NCBI RefSeq assembly: GCF_039654945.1
Contig: NW_027361682.1
Span: 16,430,001 to 16,494,000, forward strand
Direction of reading: 5' to 3'
Origin: Dendrobates tinctorius
Lineage: Eukaryota
DNA: 64,000 bases
In this document: positions 25,021 through 35,400 of the stretch, one piece after another
Numbering within the stretch: the first letter of the stretch is position 1
How the letters are laid out: every line of letters starts with the position of its first letter
Translations under genes and position numbers: made by a program
The notes under the pieces: model-generated
What the model saw: only the letters and a program-made list of their open reading frames with translations
The model's database searches: none
What the model was told of the DNA's origin: nothing

Positions 25021-25034
25021 GCGTCGCGTGCCAC
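23202..25034 (-). CDS. DIRS reverse transcriptase-RNase H-adenine methyltransferase-like ORF (uninterrupted)
   Basis: RT motifs LPFGL and YLDD; RNase H motifs TTDTS, INLLE, SDN and HIPGVENWAADFLSR; C-terminal MT-like DLMAS...AVDAL...YLFPP. Confidence 0.9.
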   Translation of the reverse strand: MARDAWVAELVCSGYKIEFVKDPPRRFFLSRRPKTESRAEALLGAIEVLRRNGVIVSVPECEKTQGFYSNLFAVPKKDGTVRPVLDLKLLNRFIRVRRFRMESLRSVISSMEHGEYLASIDVQNAYLHIPIFPPHQRFLRFAIEGRHFQFVALPFGLATAPRIFTKVMAVVMAVLHSRGIVVLPYLDDLLVKGPSFRACEENVSITLDTLSRLGWLINGKKSSLTPAQRILFLGMIFDTSRGLVILPQDKARALRQGVRSLQQPDPHTIRFGMRVLGRMVAAMEAIPFAQFHLRPLQHALLAAWDGSPFSLDHQCRLPSQVRRALQWWTHDSSLRQGKPFPPDHWLVITTDTSLFGWGAIFRHHTAQGQWSPQEARLPINLLEIRAVRLALQRFQHLLAGRPVRVQSDNATAVAYVNLQGGTRSWATMRKIEHVLRWAERHHSAISAVHIPGVENWAADFLSRQGVAAGEWPLHPEFFQQICQRWGTPDVDLMASRENAKVSTFVARSQDPRAIAVDALVLPWSQFRLPYLFPPLPLLPRVIRKIKTEGVPAILLAPDWPRRVWYADLVQLLADVPWRLPERPDLLSQGPICHPNLGALCLTAWPLNLGF

Positions 25035-25107
25035 CGTGACCCAGACGCGGCAGAACCTGCGCAGACGTCCGCCTACTCTGCTGTCCTCGGGTACTGGATG
25101 CCTCGAG

Positions 25108-26478
25108 TCATTTCGCTGAGGGCTTCTGGAACCTGGCCCCCCTTGATCTGGGCGGGCGGCCCCGCATCCTACCCAGCGGGTTGGTTCTATACGTGACCTG
25201 ACGCTCCTTGTCTTGGTTATAGCGAGCTGGGGTGGAGGTACTGGCCGCTACCATCCACCCGGGGGTGCGAAATGCTCGAAAGCGCGCCTGAGGTTGACGA
25301 AAAGGCGGCATAACCTTTTGCTGTGGAAGGAAGCTGTTTTTTCCCCCTGTAGCATCTGAAATGAGCTTGTCTAATTTCTCCCCAAATAGCCGATTACCCT
25401 GAAAAGGCAGGGAAGTCAAAGACTTCTTAGAAATAGAATCAGCCCGCCATAACCTTAATCACAAGGCTCTCCTAATGGCGATTGCATTTGCTGCCGCTAC
25501 AGCCGCGCCATTAGCCGCATCCAAGGATGCATTAATTAAATAGTCACCCGCCATCGCGATCTGACTTGCTATCTCCGCCACTTCCGTCGGCAAATCTCTA
25601 TCCTGTAGGACCTTGTTTAAAGAATCTGACCATGACATCATGGCTTTGGCTACCCATGTTGCCGCAAAAGGAAAGAGCGCTGATCCCGATGCTTCATACA
25701 CCGAGTGAGCTAAACCTTCTATGAGTCGATCCGTGGGGTCCTTAATGGAAGAACCGCTAGGTACTGACAACAAGGACCTTGAAGCTAGGCATGACACTGG
25801 GGGATCCACTACCGGAGATTCCGCCCATTTTTTACAAAGTTCCGATGCGAACGGATATCTCGTTTCCAGCGTTTTTTGTCCTGAAAAACGTTTGTCTGGA
25901 TGTTCGCTATGCCGCTGCACTATATCCTCGAACTCAGGATGAGTGCTAAATACTCTATGTTGTCTCCTGGTCTTCTTAAAGGATACCTTATGACCTGCGG
26001 TTCAATAAGACTGTCTACCGTCTCCCGGTACCCCGGGGTATCCAGGTCCAAGGACTATTCCCAGTCATCACCTGAACTCTGCTCGCTCCCAGAAAATGGT
26101 GACGGTGAGCGAGATGCCGCACTCACGGATGCTGAGGCACCGGAGGGGCCAGGAGACGCAGTACGGGCTCTTTTCCTGTGCGTCTGCCTAGAGAGTGTGC
26201 GGCCCCTGCAGGCCGGAGGCTCTTGTGAGGTGGATGACCCCTCCCAAACAGGCGAGCTGTCATCTCTACCCCTATCCGGGGCCTGAAGGGTCTCAATCGC
26301 CTTCGTGAGCGAAACCATGGACCGAGAGAGTGATAACGCCCATTCTGGGGGATCCAGACCCCTGGGCTCTGTCGCCGGGGAGGGCTCCTGGGCGCGTTCG
26401 GAGTCGCAGGCTTCACATAACTTAATAGTTTGCGCTCGTGGGAACATCACCCCACTGCGTTTTTCCTTTCCCAGACAT
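25108..26478 (-). pseudogene. DIRS gag-like ORF1, disrupted
   Basis: Fragments 26055-26501, 25459-25920 (SPVVDPPV, IKDPTDR, AIRRAL*) and 25108-25419 (LPFQGNRLFG). Two stops and at least one frameshift. Confidence 0.8.
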
Positions 26479-28014
26479 ACTGCTGGCGTCGGCCCACACA
26501 CAAAAAATCCCTTAAAGGCTTGGGGGGGGGGGGGTAGGCGGAGGGGGAGGAGGGTACTGTGTAGTGCCTTAGTATGGCTCCGGGACGGGGTGGCACTTAC
26601 CCGCTCCTGCGCGTCTCTCCCCGTGCTTCAGTTCGCGCCTCACTCCTGGTAGGCTGCGATTCCTCTGTGATCGCGGCCTACCCTGCCTTGCCGCCGGGGC
26701 CTCAATTTAATCCGGCGCCCGCCCCCCATCTCCAAGGCGCAAGGCGGCGCTTCCGCCCGAGGCCCAGGCCGAAGCCGCGGGCTAAATTTAGAAGCGGTCC
26801 GCCCGACCGCTACCCCGGCCGCCCGCCTCCCCATGCCCGGCTGACGACGGGGGGGGCGGCGCCGGAGATGACATGCGCCCAGTGCGGCGCTTCCGCCCGC
26901 GGCCCACGCGGGCTAAATTAGAGCCAGTCCGCCCGCCTGCGGCAGACCGCTACCTCGGCCATCCGGCTGCAGCTCCCCACAGGCTCCCGGACCGCGCCAA
27001 TACCCGGAGGGAGGCGAACCAGGTTAGAGGAGCGGAGGGAAAGGTGTGTGGGGGGGGGAGAGAAAGGGGAAAGCGTGCCTTTCCGAAAACGCTGCCCAGG
27101 GCCCTCCACTCGCTCCAGCACATACCTGAGGTACTCTGGTTAAGACGGTGCAGGCACCCTAACTCCAACCGCCTTGCCGGGGCGAGGAGAGGGACCGTCT
27201 GCCGCCATGCAGCACCGCCGTCATGCGTTGGTGGAGTCATGGGGGCCGCACAGACTAGTCTTGTGCCTCTGTGCAAGCCCATGGTTTCAATACCTAGGGG
27301 TGGACAGGGCTAAGTCTGGCCTAATGTCCCACGTCGTGGGAGAGGAAACGTGGAGGGACACTCGCACGTGGTCGCCCGTTGCTGGTTTGGGGAAATCGGA
27401 TCCTTTCAATAGGATGCGTTGCCCCTGTCTTATCTTCATAAAACAAAAAAACAAAGAAAAAAATAGATGTCTGGGGAAAAGTCCCAGATATGTCCCTCGG
27501 TGCGGGAAAGGATACGCGGAGGCGATACTCAACGCGTGCTCGCCCGTTGTTGGTTTGGGGAGATCGGACCCTTTCTATAGGATCCGTCGCCCCTGTCTCA
27601 TCTTCATGGTAAACTAGAAAAAAAAAAAAAAAAATAGTCTGGAGAGATCCAGACTGCGTGTGCCTCCATAAGACACTAAGCAAAAACTGGTTTCCGCCCG
27701 CTATCGAGGCGAGGGTGTATGCGGCGGAGGAGGAGCTAACTTGTTTTTTGTATGCCTAGTGTCAGCCTCCAGACGGCAGTAGCACACACCCACAGTCTCT
27801 GTGTCCCCCAATGAGACGAAGGAGAAATAATGTTCTCTCTTCCTGGTGGCTCTGGGGCAACAGAAAGTCAAATCTTCTACCAGCTTCTGATGGTTCAGTG
27901 TCTGGTCTTGGACCCCTAATGATGGGCCAGTTGTAGAGTACCCTCCCCCCTAATAAACAGATGTGGACCTGTGGACCCCCTCTACTATTAGTGCATATGT
28001 ATAAGATATTGTAC

Positions 28015-28179
28015 CTCATCTGAGCCGATATGAAGCCAGCGTAGACCAGGATGGAGCTCCATCATTTGTCTTATCATGGCATGGAGAAGCTGGTGTGACT
28101 CCTTCCTATGAGGGTTTAGGCTGTTCGGGTACATCGGGATCTCTCTCAGGTGGGCAAACTCCTTATGCTTCAGGACAAA
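28015..28179 (-). CDS. HEXD: HEXD exon 5 (catalytic HIGSDE)
   Basis: [13 protein letters not shown]...[16 protein letters not shown]20 DE pair, 165 nt. Confidence 0.96.
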
Positions 28180-28256
28180 CTATAAAAAGAAAGAACACAG
28201 AAATTAGGACCATGAGATCAGGAGGAAAAGCCCATCACCATCCATATGGTACATAC

Positions 28257-28344
28257 CTCCATGTGTCCAAACGTCTGAATGAGAGGAATGACTTCTAAAT
28301 GGTTAATTTGTGCCAGTCTCAGAATCTCACGGATTTCTTGAGGA
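28257..28344 (-). CDS. HEXD: HEXD exon 4
   Basis: [29 protein letters not shown], 88 nt. Confidence 0.96.
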
Positions 28345-28394
28345 CTGCAAAAATATCAGCAATTTAAAGGGGGAAACAAACTGGTATGTCAGTA

Positions 28395-29875
28395 TTGTAG
28401 TAGTTATATTCTTGTACATAGGGGCAGTATTATAGTAGTTATATTCTTATACATGGGGGCAGTATTATAGTAGTTATATTCTTGTACATAGGGGCAGTAT
28501 TATAGTAGTTATATTCTTGTACATAGGGGCAGTATTATAGTAGTTATATTCTTATACATGGGTGCAGTATTATAGTAGTTATATTCTTGTACATAGGGGC
28601 AGTATTATAGTAGCTATATTCTTATACATGGGGGCAGTATTATAGTTATATTCTTGTACATAGGGGCAGTATTATAGTAGTTATATTCTTGTGTACGGAG
28701 CAGTATTATAGTAGTTATATTCTTATACATGGGTGCAGTATTATAGTAGTTATATTCTTGTACATAGGGGCAGTATTACAGTAGCTATATTCTTATACAT
28801 GGGGGCAGTATTATAGTAGTTATATTCTTGTACATAGGGGCAGTATTATAGTAGTTATATTCTTATACATAAGGGTCAGTATTATTTTAGTTATATTCTT
28901 GTACATAGGTGCAGTATTATAGTAGTTATATTCTTGTACATAGGAGCAGTATTATAGTAGTTATATTCTTGTACATAGGAGCAGAATTATAGTAGTTATA
29001 TTCTTGTACATAGGAGCAGTGTTATAGTAGTTATATTCTTGCACATAGGGGGCAGTATTATAGAAGTTATATTCTTGTACATAGGAGGCAGTATTATAGT
29101 AGTTATATTCTTGTACATAGGAGCAGTATTATAGTAGTTATATTCTTGCACATAGGGGCAGTATTATAGTAGTTATATTCTTGTACATAGGGGGCAGTAT
29201 TATAGTAGTTATATTCTTGTACATAGGGGACAGTATTATAGTAGTTATATTCTTGTACATAGGAGGCAGTATTATAGTAGTTATATTCTTGTACATGGGG
29301 CAGTATTATAGTAGTTACATTCTTGTACATAAGGGGCAGTATTATATTAGTTATATTCTTGTACATAGGGGACAGTATTATAGTAGTTATATTCTTGTAC
29401 ATAGGGGCAGTATTATAGTAGTTATATTCTTGTACATAGGGGACAGTATTATAGTAGATATATTCTTGTACACAGGAGCAGTATTATAATAGTTATATTC
29501 TTGTACATAGGGGGCAGTATGATTGTAGTTATACTCTTGTACATAGAGGCAGTATTATAGTAGTTATATTCTTGTACATAGAGGCAGTATTATAGTAGTT
29601 ATATTCTTGTACATAGGGGCAGTATTATAGTAGTTATATTCTTGTACATAGGGGGCAGTATTATAGTAGGTATATTCTTGTACATAGGGGTCAGTATTAT
29701 AGTAGTTATATTCTTGTACATAGGGGGCAGTATTATAGTAGTTATATTCTTGTACATAGGAGCAGTATTATAGTAGTTAAATTTTTGTACATAGGGGCAG
29801 TATTATAGTAGTTATATTCTTGTACATGGGGCAGTATTATAGTAGTTATATTCTTGCACAGGGTCAGTATTATGA
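28395..29875 (-). repeat. 35-37-bp minisatellite (ggggcagtattatagtagttatattcttgtacata)
   Basis: Tandem array filling HEXD intron 3; same family as 14352-14950, opposite orientation. Confidence 0.95.
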
Positions 29876-29987
29876 TAGTTAAATGTCATAGCCTTGTCTC
29901 TTGTTACTGATTACTGCACCACTGATGGGTACAGTTTTCCTTTTATCGTGTTGCACAATGACCAATTACTATAGGGGCTGTGACCAC

Positions 29988-30097
29988 CTGTAGGCGTGAG
30001 CAGCTCGCAGCGGGAGGAGTTCTTCGTAATATGGAAAAGTGTCTTCATATTCTATCAGCAGCCCGGTGGCTCCGAGGGAAGAGAAGAGGGGCAAAAC
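29988..30097 (-). CDS. HEXD: HEXD exon 3
   Basis: [23 protein letters not shown]...AHAY, 110 nt. Confidence 0.95.
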
Positions 30098-30254
30098 CTA
30101 GAAAGAAAAAAATGTCCCAAACTTTGAAAAACTATTGAGAAACATCCACTGTTCCCTGTTATCATCAGAGTATGATTTCCTACTGGATGCCAGATTTAAT
30201 GAATTTTACGTCAAGCTAAACAATATATTACAGACAGTAGGCTATGTCTGTTAC

Positions 30255-30372
30255 CTCAGCCAGGTAGGAGACTTTTGGAGGAGCCCCTTTAAGGTCTAGA
30301 TGGACAATGATCATCTTGACACTTGCTCTTTTCTCCGCGGTGAACTCGCCATTGTTGGTGTCGTTATGTTGC
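30255..30372 (-). CDS. HEXD: HEXD exon 2
   Basis: QHNDTNNGEFTAEKRASVKMIIVHLDLKGAPPKVSYLAE; the HLDLKGAPP motif is conserved. Confidence 0.92.
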
Positions 30373-31417
30373 CTGAGGTGAGAGGGAAAATGGCGCAAAA
30401 GTTAGTGATGGGACTTCTTACTCTTGACTAATGGGGTCTGTGATTTCCTTGAGAGGTTGGCATTGGTTATTAACCCTATAAGTGTTCGAGATCTCAGCTT
30501 GCTGTTATTAAATAGAAATTGGCATGCACTGATTTCACACAGAAAATCTGTAACAAAGATATGGCTTAGGCCTGTCTTGGTGCGGGATCAGGAGCTGAGC
30601 CTGTTACGGAGCAGTTGACAGCTGCCTCTAACAGCAGCGACTGGAGTCTCCTGTTGTAATTGCTGTTTATCCAATTGAAATGCTGCTGTCAATCACTGAC
30701 AGCAGCATTTAAGTATCGTCGTCCCAGCTTCGCCTCTCTTTGGTCGCCGATGCTCCCCCCCGATCCACTGCCTGCGATCTCAGGGTGCGGATAGTAGCCA
30801 CGCCAGCCCGGGGGCCAGCTTTAGACTCCTATAGGAGACCAAGATACTGAACAACTGTAGTATACAGTCACTGATGGACTAAAGGATATAATTTGAGGGG
30901 TAAAAATTGCTTAAAAAAAAAATCTAAAAAGAAAAATTAAAGTTAAAACCATGCTTCCCCCTTTCTATCCAAAAAAAAGAAAAGAAAAATAGGCAAAACA
31001 AAAACTTTTTCGATATTGCTTCAACCATAAACGTTCACCCTACAAAAATATATAATTACTTCACCTCACCACCAAAAAAATGCAATAAAAACTTCATATG
31101 TACTAACAAAACAATAGCGGAATTGCTTTTTTTTAACCATTTCCTCGCACGTGGAGATTCCTTTTATCGTTTTTCCGTACACTATATGGTGAAATAAAAA
31201 CTACAACTCTCTCCACAGGAAAGAAAAAATGCCACCATACGGCTATGATGACGGAAAAACAGGTCGTGGGTCTTGTGAGAAAAAGAGAAGCGAAAGCGCA
31301 AAAATGACAGCTGGCTGATTAAGGGGCCGTCCAGAGGTAACATGGGGGGGATACTGCTGTATTATGGGGTCTTGTGAGGGTCCCTCTCAGAAGCCGGACC
31401 CCGCCACGCGTCATTGA

Positions 31418-31778
31418 GGCCATATGCACACGATGCAGATTTCCAATGGATCCGCAGCGGATTTTACCGCCCAGAAACGCTGCATATCCGCATTGTGATG
31501 TACAGTAGCATGTAAGTCAATAGAAAAAAAACCGCTGTGCAGACGCTGCGGATTTTTCCGCGCGGTTTTCTTGTGGTTCAAAATATGCAGCATGTCACTA
31601 CTTTTGTGAGGTTTTCCACCTGCTCCATTCTCCAAATCCGCAGGGGGAAATCCACAGGGGAAAACCGCACAAAAACCGCAAGAAAAAAGGAAGAAATCCG
31701 CAGGAAAAATGACCTGCGGATTTCTTCAATTCTGCGTGGAAAAATCCACTGGGCAAAAAAGTACGCCTGCACTCAGCC
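31418..31778. mobile_element. Degenerate Harbinger-type MITE
   Basis: ggccatatgcacacg...cctgcactcagcc ends and ccgca/tgcgg internal repeats; related to 13284-13637. Confidence 0.6.
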
Positions 31779-32167
31779 TTATAGCACTGCCGTCCTCTTA
31801 TTTCCAACCTGCAGCATTTAAGTGGTTGCAGAACTACAACTCCCAGCGTGCCCACGCAGGGTCTGGTTGTCAGGGCATGCTGGGAGTCTGGGCTTGCAGT
31901 CAGAGAGCCACATGTTCTAGGTGAGTGAGAGAAGGGTCCTATGCCACAGCTGTGCCCTCTGTACCCCCAGAGCTGCCCGATTATTGGCCACAGCTTGTCA
32001 GTAATTCCTGAAAGCAGTTATCAACATGGCTACATTTGCTGGTTGTTATAGTCCCTGAAGGGATGATGACTCCCAGGGATAGAGAAGGCATGCTGAGACT
32101 TTTAGTCCCCCTGGTGGGCGCTGTACAGGGCAGGGGGATGTGCGCAGTGTAACAGGGAAGCGCTCAC

Positions 32168-32175
32168 CCATCCAT
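32168..32175 (-). CDS. HEXD: HEXD putative coding exon 1 (ATG GAT GG)
   Basis: gcagacATGGATGG|GTGAGCG. Phase 2 joins exon 2 in frame, giving 1464 nt and 487 aa in total. The alternative start is the ATG inside exon 2. Confidence 0.65.
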
Positions 32176-32272
32176 GTCTGCGGTGCTCTGGCCTCCGTTA
32201 CTCTGGCCTGGCTCAGCACTGGCCAATGTGCAGGCTCCACGTCTGAGCGCCGATCTGCAGTCAGCTCTCACT
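32176..32272. promoter_or_regulatory. Bidirectional promoter/5'UTR zone, HEXD-OGFOD3
   Basis: 97 bp between the divergent ATGs; CCAAT at 32223-32227; GC/CpG-rich. Confidence 0.7.
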
Positions 32273-32364
32273 ATGGCAACGAAACACCGGCGGCGGCCGA
32301 GAGTGACCGGAGAGAACGGGGAGGCGGCGGGGCCTGGTCGTGGGGCTCAGGGAGGGAAGGCCGG
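32273..32364 (+). CDS. OGFOD3: 2-oxoglutarate and iron-dependent oxygenase domain-containing 3, exon 1
   Basis: MATKHRRRPRVTGENGEAAG...GKA|gtgagt. Phase 2 matches exon 2; basic N-terminus resembles human. Confidence 0.8.
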
Positions 32365-32470
32365 GTGAGTCTGGGCGGGAAACTGGGGCATAAAGGGGTT
32401 AAAGTAAGCATCTGTTATCATAAATGGCTGCAAGGAGAAGGATACATGTGGGCATGAGAGGGGAAGTGGG

Positions 32471-35400
32471 CGCAGACGGTGCCCCCAGAACACTGCCGTC
32501 CGCAGATGGTGCCCCCAGACTTATGCGGGCCGCAGACGGTGCCCCCAGACTTGTGCGGGCCGCAGACGGTGCCCCCAGAACACTACCGTCCGTAGACGGT
32601 GCCCCCAGAACACTGCCGTCCGCAGACGGTGCCCCCAGAACACTGCCGTCCGCAGATGGTGCCCCCAGACTTATGCGGGCCGCAGACGGTGCCCCCAGAC
32701 TTGTGCGGGCCGCAGACGGTGCCCCCAGAACACTACCGTCCGTAGACGGTGCCCCCAGAACACTGCCGTCCGCAGACGGTGCCCCCAGAACACTGCCGTC
32801 CGCAGACGGTGCCCCCAGACTTATGCGGGCCGCAGACGGTGCCCCCAGAACACTGCCGTCCGCAGACGGTGCCCCCAGAACACTGCCGTCCGCAGACGGT
32901 GCCCCCAGAACACTGCCGTCCGCAGACGGTGCCCCCAGAACACTGCCGTCCGCAGACGGTGCCCCCAGAACACTGTCGGCCACAGACTGTGACCCAGAAC
33001 ACTGCCGGCCACAGACGGTGCCCCCAGAACACTGCTGGCGCCCAGATGGTGCCTCTAATACACTGCCTATCTCAGACGAAGCTCCCAGAACACTGCCGGC
33101 CACAGACGATGCCGCCAGATCACTGCTGGCCGCAGATGGTGCTCCCAGAACACCGTTGGCTGCACACGGTGCCCCCAGAACACTGCCAGACGCAGACGAT
33201 GCCGCCAGAACACTGTCGGCCACAGATGGTGCTCCCAGAACACTGTTGGCTGCACACGGTGCCCCCAGAACACTGCTAGACGCAGACGGTGCCCCCAATA
33301 CTCTGCCAGACGCAGACGGTGCTCCCAAAACACTGCCGGACGCAAAAGGTGCCCCCCAGAAAAGTTCTTGCTGCAGACGGTGTCCCCAGAACACTGCCGG
33401 CAGCAGAGGGTGCCCCCAGAACACTGTCGGCCGTAGACAGTGCCCCCAGAATACTGCCGGCCGCAGATGGTGCTCCCAGAACACTGTTAGCTGCACACGG
33501 TGCCCCCAGAACACTGCCGGACGCAGACGGTGCCCCCAAAACATTGCCGAACGCAAAAGGTGCCCCCCAGAAAAGTTCTTGCTGCAGACGGTGTCCCCAG
33601 AACACTGCCGGCAGCAGAGGGTGCCCCCAGAACACTGCCGTAGACGGTGCCCCCAGAACGCTGTCGGCCGCAGACGGTGCCCCCAGAACGCTGTCGGCCG
33701 CAGACGGTGCCCCCAGAACACTGTCGGCCGCAGAGGGTGCCCCCAGAACACTGCCGGCCACAGATGGTGCTCCCAGAACACTGTTGGCTGCACACGGTGC
33801 CCCCAGAACACTGCCGGACGCAGACGGTGCCCTCAATACTCTGCTGGACGCAGACGGTGCCCCCAAAACACTGCCGGACGCAAAAGGTGCCCCCCAGAAA
33901 AGTTCTTGCTGCAGACGGTGTCCCCAGAACACTGCCGGCAGCAGAGGGTGCCCCCAGAACACTGTCTGCCGTAGACGGTGCCCCCAAAACACTGTCGGCG
34001 GCAGACGTTGCCCCCAGAACAGCGTCGGCCGCAGAGGGTGCCCCCAGAACACTGTCGGCCGCAGAGGGTGCCCCCAGAACAGTGCCGGCCGCAGACGGTG
34101 CCCCCAGTACAGTGCCGGCCGCAGACGGAGCCCTGCAGACGGTGCCCCCAGAAAACTGTCGGCCGAAGGCGGTGCCCCCAGAAAGCTGCCGGCCGCAGAC
34201 GATGCCCCAGAACGCTCCCGGCCGCAGACAGTGCCCCAGAACACTGCCGGCCGCAGGCGGTGCCCCCAGAACACTGCTGGCCGCAGTTGGTGTCTCCAGT
34301 ACACTGCCTATCTCAGATGGTGTCCCCAGAAAGCTGCTGGCCGCAAACGATGCCCCCATAACAGTGCCCACCGCAGACGGTGCCCCCAGAACACTGCTGG
34401 CCGCAGACGGTGCCCCCAGAACAGTGCCGGCCGCAGAAGGTGCCCCCAGAAAAGTGCCGGCTGCAGACGGTGCCCCCAGAGCACTGCCGGCCGTAGAGGG
34501 TGCCCCCAGACCACTGTCGGCCGCAGACGGTGCCCCCAGACCACTGTCGGCCGCAGACGGTGCCCCCAGACCACTGCCGGACGCAGACTGTGCCCCCAGA
34601 CCACTGCCGGCCGCAGGCGGTGCCCCCAGAACATTGTCAGCTGCAGACGGTGCCCCCAGGCCAGTGCGGGCCGTAGCCGATGCCCCCAGAACACTGCCGG
34701 CCACAGACTGTGACCCAGAACACTGCCGGTTGCAGACGGTGCCCCCAGAATGCTGTCGGCCGCAGACGGTGCCCCCAGAATGCTGTCGGCCACAGACGGT
34801 GCCCCCAGAATGCTGTCGGCCGCAGACGGTGCCCCCAGAATGCTGTCGGCCGCAGACGGTGCCCCCAGAATGCTGTCGGCCGCAGACGGTGCCCCCAGAA
34901 TGCTGTCGGCCGCAGACGGTGCCCCCAGAACGCTGTCGGCCGCAGACGGTGCCTCCAGAATGCTGTCGGCCGCAGACGGTGCCCCCAGAATGCTGTCGGC
35001 CGCAGACGGTGCCCCCAGAATGCTGTCGGCCGCAGACGGTGCCCCCAGAATGCTGCCGGCCGCAGACGGTGCCCCCTGAACGCTGCCGGCCGCAGACGAT
35101 GCCCCCAGAACACTGCTGGCTGCAGATGGTGCCTCCAATACACTGCCTATCTCAGATGGTGTCCCCAGAACACTGCTGGCTGTAGACGATGCCCCCAGAA
35201 CGCTGCCGGCCGCAGACGATGGCGCCAGAACACTGCTGGCCGCAAACGGTGCCCCCAATACACTGCCGGACGCAGCGGTGCCCCCAAAACACTGTCGGAT
35301 GCAAAAGGTGCCCCCCAGAAAAGTGCTTGCTGCAGACGGTGCCCCCAGAACACTGTCGGCCGCAGACGGTGCCCCCAGAACACTGTCGGCCGCAGACGGT

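Larger units (their letters stand above)
21697..27827 (-). mobile_element. Full-length DIRS1-type tyrosine-recombinase retrotransposon
   Basis: Non-identical ITRs (about 21697-21878 and 27684-27827), terminal TTT, an ICR at 22017-22119 complementary to both ends, and gag, RT-RH-MT and YR ORFs. Confidence 0.95.

Noticed and set aside
27325-27607. H/ACA snoRNA, hammerhead or twister identity for the DIRS leader repeat
   Set aside because: AAACCA (H-box-like) and a terminal ACA are present, but the pocket-to-ACA spacing (about 20 nt) and lower stem do not fit. There is no CUGANGA/GAAA with stem II and no twister core. Kept as an unclassified structure.
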